From contig NC_058368.1 of assembly GCF_018350175.1 (NCBI RefSeq), positions 178,066,001-178,130,000 of the forward strand: a DNA stretch of 64,000 nucleotides. Direction: 5' to 3'. Below the pieces are notes generated by a model, which saw only the letters and a list, made by a program, of their open reading frames with translations, searched no databases and was not told the origin of the DNA. Shown in pieces: positions 13,751 through 24,549 of the stretch; the stretch's first letter is position 1; each line of letters starts with the position of its first letter. The DNA is from Felis catus. Its lineage: Eukaryota. The position numbers and the translations under genes are program-made.

Positions 13751-15558
13751 TCTCCTGGGTATGTATATAGAAAGGAAGGCCATAAATGTTTGCAATGTGG
13801 CAGCAATAAGGCCGCAGTAACAGAAAGAAGATGTACAAAACTTGAGGCCATTAAAGATTTAGCAAATTTAAAATAATTTTTAGTACAAAATTCACAGAAG
13901 CTGTTAATACCCAAAGGAACCACGTGGTACTATATTTGAGTAATTAAACATTAAAGTCAATTGCCTTTCTCATGACTCAAGGTTAGGTTAAGTCCTACCC
14001 AGAAAGCAAGTGCTTTTTTTGTGTGTGTGTGATACTTTAATAAACTTGAAAGACAAAACATTTTGTTTCTTCTGGTTTTCCAAAATTGACAAAAGCACAC
14101 TAAAGCTCAACTTAAGTTCAAGTTACCAGCCACTGGAAAGAGGGTTCAAGAAATGTTAGCCAACAAGAATGACTTCATTCTATTCAGTTTTCAGCCTTAA
14201 TTTTTACATATAAAAAAAACACAATAACTCAGAAGTCTTTTCTTCTCTATGTCAATGATTCTTGATAGCTGTGTGTGATCTTAGCAAATGACAAGAGAGA
14301 GCTGCTATTTTGTTAGCCAAAATTACGAGCACAACTCAACATTGAGAAACTCATTTGTCCCTGAATAAACTATCTCTCTGCCCCAGGGCTGCTCTCCGCA
14401 GGGCTAAAAGTACATTTATTTCTCTGAAGGTTTAGATGATCAAATATTTGCTAACCAGGGTTTTTAAACAATACGAATAAAAGAGAAGCAGCAGAGTCTA
14501 GTGTTTCATATTCTGAGGTTTCTAGAATTGCACTATATGGTAGAGTTACAGCTTACGCAGGGATATACTGCGTAAGAAGTAAAATCTCAGAAAGCCCAAA
14601 TTGCCCCTAATTGCCAATAAACCAATACTGAACCATCTCTCAATCCAAACCGCCAGTTTTTCCTCAAGAACTGTAACAGATCACTGCTTCTGCAGCAGAG
14701 CAGCAGCTAAAGTACATTTCTCGCAATTAGGGATACCGTTTGGATGAAAAAATACGTATCTTTAAATATCTGAATCATCCTGAGCAAGGCAGGACGGTCA
14801 TCCTAAGAGGTACGTGGAGACTGGAAAGAGCAGATTTATATTTCCCCTATCACACCTCAGGACATGTGATACTCTGTGGAAAGGCAAGTGGAATCACCAG
14901 CACAATTTAGATTAGTGTCCTCTGGCTTATTTTTATTTTTATTTTTTGCAGTCCAAGTATCTGAATTCGCGTAAGTTAAATGTGCCTATAACTTGAATCA
15001 TTTAACCTAAAAATATTCTTGAGAAACTAATATAGCCAATGTGGTATGATGTAAACGTTAAATATATCTCTTAAGTCAGAAAACTTGTTAAAGCGCTAGC
15101 TCTATGCTTTACTAGGTCACTGTGCAACCTTATGCAATTTACTTAACTTTCCTAAGCTTCAGTTTTCTCACTGCAAATGAAACCCACTTCACAGAGATGT
15201 AATGAGCATTACATCATGTAATACATAAAAAATATTATGTTTCATGTATATGTAGCACACAGACTAGCATGTTAGAAATGACAGAACATGTCTTTTTGAA
15301 ATTTTCTAACTTTTGTGTATTTTCTAATTTTCTGATGGTTTCTAGTATAATTTGCATTCTTCTGGTTTGGAAATTTTATAATGGCATGATCCTCATTTAC
15401 TGGCAATAAAAAAATAAAGGGCCCAGAGGATAAGCAATAAATCATAATTAATATGGTACTGGTAGCCACAGAACAAACCATACAGCTTTAAGAAAAGAAG
15501 TTTTCTAAACCAAAAAAGCAACTTGCAATGTTCTAATAATATAATTAGGCCTTCTTAC

Positions 15559-15725
15559 CTGAAGGAACTTCTTCACATCAGCAATAATTTCTCTGAAGAC
15601 AAACTGGTCTTTCTGAACCTCAAACCATCCCAATTTGGTGATTTTAGCAATGACTTGAATTAGAGCTTGGATAACAAAGGGCACCAGCTTGGGTTGTGAT
15701 GCCACATAATTAAGAATGTAGTTTC
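15559..15725 (-). CDS. RANBP17: RANBP17 coding exon 4 ([56 protein letters not shown])
   Basis: 167 nt (91+167 restores frame); acceptor ttcttacag|GA, donor CAG|gtaaga; ORF 15505..15705. Confidence 0.96.
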
Positions 15726-16820
15726 CTGTAAGAAAATATTCTGTGATCGTTTGGACTTCTCAGTAACATAATATGAATCATGTGAAGAAAAACAACTGGT
15801 TTTTGACAAAAAGCCAATCCCTTTCTCCAAGATATTCTTATTTATACACTTATTTCTGCTATAATGCTGACAGTGAAAAAAGGATATTTGCTCCAATTCG
15901 GTTTATGTATTAGGGGATAATTTGAGTATAATGAGAATGTCACTTTTGTTTTTACATGCTTTCAGGTAGAAAAAACTGCCAGGTGAATATGAAAACGGCA
16001 ACCAGGCCTAATGAAGCAAATCACACGAACTGCACACTTCAAACATCTAGTAGCTAGGTCAGCTCACCTCATGTGTTATCAGCCTCATGCATCCTTCTCT
16101 GCTTTGATACTTTTCCATCTTATTTCAGATCACCTTCCTTCCCTACTTCATTATTGCTCACAACCCTTCTGAAGTCCATATCCATAAACGAGATTCAGGT
16201 CTTCAAGATAAAATGCTTGTTTATTATACTATTTAAGTATTTCTCAACCATTTAACATGTGTAAAACTCTACTACCTTTTTATTAGATTTCTTTTCTTTT
16301 AACGTGTCACTGACAAAGTGCTTGAGTTTTATTTCCATATCCCACTTCTCTCATGAGCTCTGTGGCTTTATTGCATGATGATGGCATAGAATGCATGGCT
16401 AAGATGATGGCTAAGAACGCATATGTCTTGCTATAGAAAAACTGTATGCTATCCTGTTTATGTGGCATAAAAAATACGAATAGTATGGTATGATAAAATA
16501 AGTATGTAAGTTAAGGGAAGTATGAATAGAATAGTGAATTAATGCTTGGAACAAAGTTAATATATCAAAATCACTAGAAGTGGGTAGCAAAGTCAGCTCT
16601 GAGCTTCCTAGTGGATTGAGCAGTTGGGCTTAGGTAACAAATATACTAAAAGTCTAACAGAAAAACACAAGAAAAAAATTTTTTAAAAACAAAAGATTCC
16701 ATTTCTACTTCGGCCTCAAAGGCCAGCAGGCCACTGGAGAAAAGAGTGATGAAAAGGTAAATACCCCAATATTTAACTAAAAATAGCTTTAATGGAAACA
16801 ACTTCAAAATCTAAGAACAC

Positions 16821-17052
16821 TTTTTTTTTTTTTTAATTTTTTTTTTCAACGTTTATTTATTTTTTTGGGGACAGAGAGAGACAGAGCATGAACGGGGCAG
16901 GGGCAGAGAGAGAGGGAGACACAGAATTGGAAACAGGCTCCAGGCTCTGAGCCATCAGCCCAGAGCCTGACGCGGGGCTCGAACTCACGGACCGCGAGAT
17001 CATGACCTGGCTGAAGTCGGATGCTTAACCGACTGCGCCACCCAGGCGCCCC
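16821..17052 (-). mobile_element. Young felid SINEC_Fc-type SINE
   Basis: CpG-intact body (CGCGGGGCTCGAACTCACGGACCGCGAG), long T tail, TSD AGAACACTTT on both sides. Confidence 0.95.
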
Positions 17053-17234
17053 TGAGAACACTTTCAATAGTTACTCTTGACAGCTGTAGTGAAATTCTTG
17101 ACACTAAAAAAAAAATTCTCATGACTACCATATTTCAACCTTAATTTTTATTAACATCAAGATTATATAATTATACAAATAAAAAAATTAGACATTATTT
17201 TTTTTAAGCACAGATTTTCTTAGAATTTTCAGAT

Positions 17235-17367
17235 GTTTTTCTTTGTTTTTTGCTTTGTTATGTTTTGTTTTGTTTTTTTGGAGAGGGGATATGTGTGTGT
17301 GAGCTAGGGAGGGACAGAGGGGAAGAGAGAATCATTTTTTTTTTTTTTAGTGCTTATTTATTGAGAA

Positions 17368-17415
<48 letters not shown>

Positions 17416-17586
17416 TGTGTGTGTGTGTGTGTAAGCAGGAGAGGGGCAGAGAGAGAGGGAGACACAGAATCCGAAGCAGGCTCCAAGCTGTCAGCACAGA
17501 GCCTGATGCGAGGCTCAAACTCACGACCCATGAGATCATGACCTGAGCCGAAGACAGACACTTAACTGAGCCACCTGAGTGCCTCC
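17235..17586 (-). mobile_element. Can-SINE with an adjacent partial second SINE 3' segment; (GA)n(GT)n tract
   Basis: Minus-strand SINE at 17335-17586 plus a partial body at 17240-17333; flanking TSD-like CAGATTTTCTTAGAATT/CAGATTTTCCCAGAATT. Confidence 0.85.
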
Positions 17587-18959
17587 AGATTTTCCCAGAA
17601 TTAAGATAAATCGGGAAAAGGTTTTTCCTACGGATTCAAGTAATATAGATATCCTAAGCTTCATTACCTGAAATATTTATTTCAATAATGAAGCTTAAGA
17701 AGATGATGCTGCTTCCAGAATATTAAAAACTAATCTGGTTTATTCAGTTCCAATTATTTTTATTATCTTGAAAATGTTTAACCTGGAGGGGATATAAGGA
17801 ATCCATATGTGGCTAATGGCAACCACTAGAAAGATAATCTCAAAATAATAGAACAACCAAATAGGAGACAAACCACCTTCCACATTTTAGCTATGCACCA
17901 ATAAACACACCCTCCCAGAACTCCCAAGTAAAGGCACTGGCTAACATGTTTATTATCTAAGACAGAAAAAAATGTAATAGACCACATTTTTGTTATTTTA
18001 GCTGAATGCTTTACAAATATCCGCATGTTATGCTTTTTACATAACCTTTAACAGTGCTCCAGTTTCGTAAGTGTCGACGGTAACGACCAAGTAAAACAAC
18101 ACCAATCTCATCATCACCAGCCCCAGATTAACAGGGAAAAGCCATACCAAGAAGAACATGAAATCTTCAAGAAGATACCCAGGAGAATGAAATATAACAG
18201 CTAAAAAAACCTCCCAGACAAAAGTTAATAGAGAGTTGGAAAGCTCTCTACTGGAGGCTCTTTGAGTGTCAACTACTGTGTAACAGCACCATTTAGCAAT
18301 TTTGATGCATGTCAGAAGGGCTTCCCGGCAAACTCCTTATGTGGCTCTCATAGCAATGTGAAGATACTGCTATTATGCTATTATTACTATTATCTTGTTT
18401 CTTAGGTAAAAGATATGAAGGTCAGAGAGGTGAAATAACTTGTCACAGTGGCCAAACTGGGACTAAGTCAGGCTGTTAGGGTTTAAGTTTTTGTGTGTTT
18501 ATTGCTTCCAAATACTGACCAAACCATATATATTACTAGTAATGAGTAACTCAAAACTGTAAGTCCAAACTTGCAAACAGTCTTTGGAGTTTACTATCAT
18601 TAGACTGATGTTTTTGGTATTACACATTATGGGAATTTAATATGAAATACTACTTTTTGACTGCCTAACTGAACTCGAGTAAAAAAGAAAATGCCACAAA
18701 GTCTATCAAAAAGCATATAAAAAGAATCTAAAGGAAAAGGGGAAAGATTTGATCTCTCCTTTGGTCCCTAAGGCTAGCATCGTATTTCAGAAAAAAGTAA
18801 AAAGAGAGGGTAAATACCTCAATATTTAACCAAAAAATTCTTGATGAAAATAACTCCAAATTCTAAGAACACAAAAATCTACAAGCTGTGCCTAGAGAGT
18901 CAGCTAAGGAAATATTTGGAGAGAGAGACTACATGACACAAAAAGAAACTACCGTAAGA

Positions 18960-19215
18960 AGATCAAGATAAAACTTATGAGGTGAAGATGTGGAAAAACT
19001 GGAGCCTTCACACACCGCTGGTGAGAATGCAAAATGGTACGGGCACTTTGGAACACAGTTTAACAATTTCTTTAAAAGTGAAGCATGGGGCGCCTGGGTG
19101 GCTCAGTTGGTTAAGCACGTGATTCCTGACTTCGGCTCAGGTCATGATCTCAACAGTTTGTGGTTTCAAGCCCTATGTCGGGCTCTGTGCGGACAACACA
19201 GAACCTGCTTGAGAT

Positions 19216-19258
<43 letters not shown>

Positions 19259-20342
19259 GCCTCTCCCCCACTGGCACATGTGCACGCACCCTCCTCTCTC
19301 TAAAAATAAATAAGCTTCAAAAAAAAAAAGGGTAAGCATAAACTGGGGCTCATGGTTGGCTCTCAGTAGGTTGAGCATCCGACTTTGGCTCAGGTGATGA
19401 TCTCACAGTTCGTGAGTCTGAGCCCCCATCTGGCCCACTGGTATCCATGCAGAGCTGGCTCCGGATCCTCTGTCACCCTCTCTCTCTGCTTTTCTCCTGC
19501 TCACACTCTCTCTCTCAAAAATAAATGAACATTAAAAAAAAAAAAAAAGAAAAGAAAAGTTAAGCATAAACTATGATGCCTGGTAGCTCAGTCAGTTGAG
19601 GGTCTGACTCCTGATTTCGGCTCAGGTCATGATCTCGCAGTCATGGGATTGAGCCCCGCATTAGGCTCCACACTGAGCATGGAGTCTGCCTGAGATTCTC
19701 TCTCTCTCCCTCTGCCCCTCTCCCCTACTTGCATGTGTACTCCCTCTCTCTCTCTCTCCAAAAATAAAATAATTTTTTTAATTAAAAAACAAAAGTTAAG
19801 CATAAACTTACTTATGACCCAGCAATTCCATTCCTAAGTATCTACTCAAAAGAAAGGAAAACATATGTCCACACAAAGATTTGTATGTCAATGTTTACAA
19901 CAGCATTATTCATTGTAGCCAAAAAGCAGAAACAACCCCAATGTCCATCAAGTAGTGAATGGGCAACAAAAGTTCAAATATCCGTGCAATGGAATACTAC
20001 CCTACAATAAAAAGGAAAAAAAATATTGATATATGCTACAACATGGGTAAATCTCAAAAACATTTTGCTAAGTGAAAGAAGTCAGATGCATATGGTATGA
20101 TTTTATTTACATGAAATGTCCACAAAAGGTGAATCTATAGAGGCAGAAATCATCTTAGTGGTTGGGGGTATAAGAGCAAGACTAAACTAGCATGAGGGAT
20201 GTTTTGGGGATGACAGAAATGTTCCAATACTGAGCTGTGATGATGTTCACACAACACTATAAATTTACTAAAAATCATTCATTATACACTTAGAACAAGT
20301 GAACTTTATGATATATAAATTACAACTCAATAAAGCTGTTTG
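18960..20342 (+). mobile_element. Old LINE-1 3' region (L1MB/ME-like) hosting three tandem Can-SINEs
   Basis: GATGTGGAAAAACTGGAGCC...GACCCAGCAATTCCATTCCTAAG...CAATAAAGCTGTT. Confidence 0.8.
19087..19790 (+). mobile_element. Three tandem Can-SINEs (19087-19325, 19345-19554, 19573-19790)
   Basis: Three complete heads, bodies and tails separated by copies of AAAAGTTAAGCATAAACT. Confidence 0.92.
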
Positions 20343-21009
20343 AAGGGAAGGAAGGAAGAAGAGAGGACTATTTCATATAGGTAATTAAACTTAAGCTACA
20401 CTTTAATTTGAATAGAAGATGAAAAGGACCACTTCCAGACTAGAGAAACAACATAAGAAAGGCACAAAAGCAAAAATCACATGGCACAAGGTGAAGACCT
20501 TCTGGCACAACTATCAGGCTAGTACCAATGAAGACACGTGGCTACGAGAATCGTCCATTAATTAAAAGCTCATAAAGGGACTTCAGTACTAAGCTGTGGA
20601 AATGGTATTTAAGTGATAGTTAAAAATAGTGTGATGAATACAGAGAACTGGCAACAGAGTTAATGTTGGAAAGTAATGAGATATATAGTCTGGGACCATA
20701 TCATAAAAAACAGCATTTTTGAGATGATGTAAAGGCAAGGTGACTGTTGAGGCAATTCTTCACATTTTCCGCTTTAACTGCACGCCAATTATTCTACTGA
20801 CACATGTCAGACATGTCATGTCAAACATTCTAATCAACGTGCAGAAATAAGAGCAGTAAGTCAAACCAATGGAACTCATAAAGGGAACACATCGTTTGTT
20901 GTTTGTGCTGTAAGTTTCTACTTTTCTCTTTTTTCCAAATTTCTTTTAATGAGTATTCCTCTTTTTAGTTAAGTATTTATTTTAAATACTTATAAAAAAT
21001 ATAAGTCAA

Positions 21010-23315
21010 ATAGACAATCTGACAATAGGCCTGTAGCTTTTAAATAAATTGAATCAGTGAATTATTCTGCATCAGGCCCTAATGGGTTCACTGGTGGATT
21101 CTACCAAACATTTAAGAAAGAAATTGTATCAATTATCTTCAAACTCTTCCAGAAGACAGAAGCAAGAGAATTCCTCCTAACTCATTCTATGAGGCCAGCA
21201 CTACCCTAATAACAAAACCAGACAAAGATGTTATAAATTAGAGACCAATATCTCTCATCAACATAAAGAAAAATCCTCAACAAAATTATTAGCAAATCGA
21301 ATCTAACAATGCATAAAAAGAATTATGAACCACAACCAAGTGGGATTTCTCCCAGGTTATGCAAGTCTGGTTCAACATTTGAAAAATCAATTAACATAAT
21401 CAAGAGAGTAAAGAAGAAAAATCACATGATCATATTATTAGATGTACAAAAAGCATTTAACAAAACCCAACGGCCATTTATAACAAAAACTCTCAGCAAA
21501 CTAGGAACAGAGGGGAACTTTCTCAAGTTGAAAAAGAACATACAAAAAAAAACCCTGAAGCTGATAGATAAATGAAAGAAGAATCAATGGAGAGAGATTC
21601 CACGTTCATGGGTAAGAAGGCTCAATATTGTCAAACTCTGAGTTCTTCCCAAACTGATCTGTAGATTGAATGCAATCCAAATCAAAATCCCAACAAATTA
21701 TTTTGTGGGTATTTATAAAACTGATTTTAAAGTTTACACAGAGAGGCAAACAACCTAGAATAGCCACCACAATACTGAGGAAGAACAAAGTTGGCGGTCT
21801 GACACTACCCAACTTCAAGATTTATTATAAAACTACAGCAATCAAGACAGCGTGGTACTGGTGAAAGAAAAGCTCAAGAGAACAGAATAGAGAGCCCAGA
21901 AAGAGACACGCGTGAATACAGTCAATAAATCTTTGACAAAGGAACAGAGGCAAAAAAGAATGGAGTGAAAACAGCCTTTTCAACAAATGGTGCCAAAACA
22001 ACTGGACATCCACATGCAAAAACATGAATCTAGACACACACTTTACACTCTTCACAAAAATCAACTCGAATGGATCACAGTCCTAAATGTAAAGTGTAAA
22101 ACTATAAAAAAAAACTCTTTGAGGACAACATAGGAAAAAAACCTACATCATCTTGGGTTTGCCATGACTTTTTACACCTAACAACAAAGGCATAGTTTGT
22201 GATAAGCTGGACGCAGTTAAAATTTAAAGCTTCTGCTCTGCGAGAGACAACGTAAAGATAGTGAGAAGGCAAGCCACAGACTGGAAGAAAATCTTTGCAA
22301 GAGACTTAACTGATAAAGGACTGCTATCTAAATTTACAGAAACTCTTCAAACTCAACAATAAGAAAACAACCTGATTTCAAAATGAGCAGAAGACTTAGA
22401 CACCTCATCAAAAAAATAGACAGATGGTAAATAAACATATGAAAAGATGTTCAATCATATGTCATCAGGGGACTGCAAATTAAAACACACCTACTAGAAC
22501 AGCCCAAATCTCAAACACTTAAAACATCAAATGTTGGCGGGAAAGTGGGGCAACAGGAACTCTCATTCACTGCGGGTGAGAATGCAAAATGGTACAGCCA
22601 CTTTGGAAGACAGTATGACGATTCTTTACAAAATTAAACATACTGTTACCATACAATCTAGCGATCACTCTCCTTAGCATTTACCCAAATGAGCTGAAAA
22701 CCTATGTCCACACAAAAACCTGCTTTAAGCTTTGTTCTTAACTGCCAAAACTTGGAAGCAATCAAGATGTTCATCAGCAGGTGAATGAATAAATTGTAGT
22801 ACATCCAGACAATGGCATATCATTTAGTGCTAACAAGAAATGAGCTACCAAGACATGAAAAGACATGGGAGAATGTTAAGTGCATATTACTAAGTAAAAG
22901 AAGCCAATCTGAAAAGGCTACATTGTATGATTCCAACTACATGACATTCTGGAAAAGGCAAAACTATGAAAACAGTAAAAAGATCAGTGGTGATCAGGAG
23001 TTAGAAGGGGGGAGGAACACGGAGGGTTTTTGGGGGGCAGTGAAACTATTCTGTAGAATGGGGGGATATGTCATTATACATTTATGCAAACCCACAGAAT
23101 GCACAACACCAGAAGTGAATCCTAACATAAACTATGGTCTTTGGGTAACGATCATGTGTCAGTGCAGTTTCATCAGTAACTAATGCACCTCTGGTGCAGG
23201 ATGCTAAGACTGGAAGAGGCTATACATGTGTGCGGAGCAGAGGACAGGAGAACTCTACTTTTTGCTCAGTTTTGTTGTAAACCTAAAACTGTTCTAAAAA
23301 AAACAAAATTTATTT
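21010..23315 (+). mobile_element. LINE-1 fragment (decayed ORF2 plus L1MC-type 3' UTR), internally deleted
   Basis: ORF2-like peptides ([44 protein letters not shown]); L1MC1/2-like 3' end (CCCACAGAATGCACAACACCAGAAGTGAATCCTAACATAAACTATGG). Confidence 0.85.
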
Positions 23316-23351
23316 AAAATGTGTGGGTGTGTGTATACAATAAGTCAGATA

Positions 23352-23546
23352 GAGGTGCCTGGGGGTCTCAGTTGGTTAAGCATCCAGCTCTTGATCTTGG
23401 CTCAGGTCATGATCTCACAGTCTGTGGGGTGGAGCCCCATGCAGGGCTCTGCACTACAGTACAGTGTGGAGCCCGCTTGGCATTCTCTCTCTCTCCCGCT
23501 CTCTCTGCCCCTCCCCCCTCACGCACACACATGCACACACACGTGT
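23352..23546 (+). mobile_element. Can-SINE (tail missing or degenerate)
   Basis: GAGGTGCCTGGGGGTCTCAGTTGGTTAAG...GGTCATGATCTCAC. Confidence 0.85.
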
Positions 23547-23916
23547 GAAAAAATGAGGATAACCATAGTGCCCACTCCATAAGATTGGTGGATAAAATGA
23601 GATAGTACAAATCTTACCAAAGAGTACACACAATAAAATGCTTGTTATGATTTATTATTAAACTAAGCAAATGTTTTTTTGATTACACATTGTTGTATAA
23701 TACATCATTGTGCACCACTAGATGGATAAAGGAGACTTGACAACTCATCTTTAAAATAACAGAATTTTAAATAACTTGCATGCCTATTAACAGTTTAACA
23801 TATTGAAAAGGAAAACATTATTTTAACGTGTAATTTTAAATAACGTAACATTGTGTGTCAACTATACATTAAAAGAATAAAGTACAATTTCATAAAAAGT
23901 ATAAAAAACCACTTAC

Positions 23917-24007
23917 TGATATCTACCCTCTGTTCAACTGGCAAAGGACTGACTCGGCTAACAAGTTTTGAAAGACATGTTGCTGCGAGGAGCTGAGCAT
24001 AGGATGT
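23917..24007 (-). CDS. RANBP17: RANBP17 coding exon 3 ([30 protein letters not shown])
   Basis: 91 nt; acceptor ccttacag|ACA, donor ATCA|gtaagt; visible in ORF 23858..24058. Confidence 0.96.
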
Positions 24008-24549
24008 CTGTAAGGAATAATAAATTGTATTTATTATTACCACAAATGAAATCATCAAAACACTATGATAGAACTTTTCCTAAGCAATAAGGGAAATTCT
24101 TCTGGCTTTCCAAACTGGCAAGATTTACAACGAATAAAATATATATGTAAATACACATATATGTGTACAATCTCTCGTAAGAGTTCAGTAGTTGAGGAAG
24201 GTATAGGTCTCTTTTCCAAACAGCAGCAAATAATCAACAGTAAAAAGTTATTTTGATCAAGTTCAAATAAAATACTCCTACCATGTCTACACAGCACTGT
24301 ACGTTCTGGCCTCTGATTAGCTCTTCAAATTCACCTGGTTCCACTCTTCACCATCCTCTAACCACAAAAGCCTTTCAGATCCTTTCAGTGTCTTTCCCAC
24401 CCTGACCTCCCCACCCCATCAGATCCATGTCTTACTGTATTGTACTCTTTGGCCACCAATTATCTTAACAGTGTCCTCAATCCTTCAAAATTTGGTTCAG
24501 TTATTCACTATACCTCCAGCAGTTTCTTGTTTCTTTTTTTTCTCTTTAC

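Noticed and set aside
13282..13923. ORF cluster and relatively CpG-rich patch in intron 4, first suspected to be a pseudogene or extra exon
   Set aside because: No recognisable protein in the frames examined; largely explained by a MER119-like MITE.
14552..14576. Perfect 9-bp inverted repeat CTTACGCAG-N7-CTGCGTAAG
   Set aside because: A few stems of this length are expected by chance in 64 kb; no further structure or RNA-gene motif.
19074..19808. Repeat-spacer-repeat pattern superficially like a CRISPR array
   Set aside because: The spacers are ~220-bp SINEs and the repeats are target-site duplications; mammalian DNA with no cas genes.
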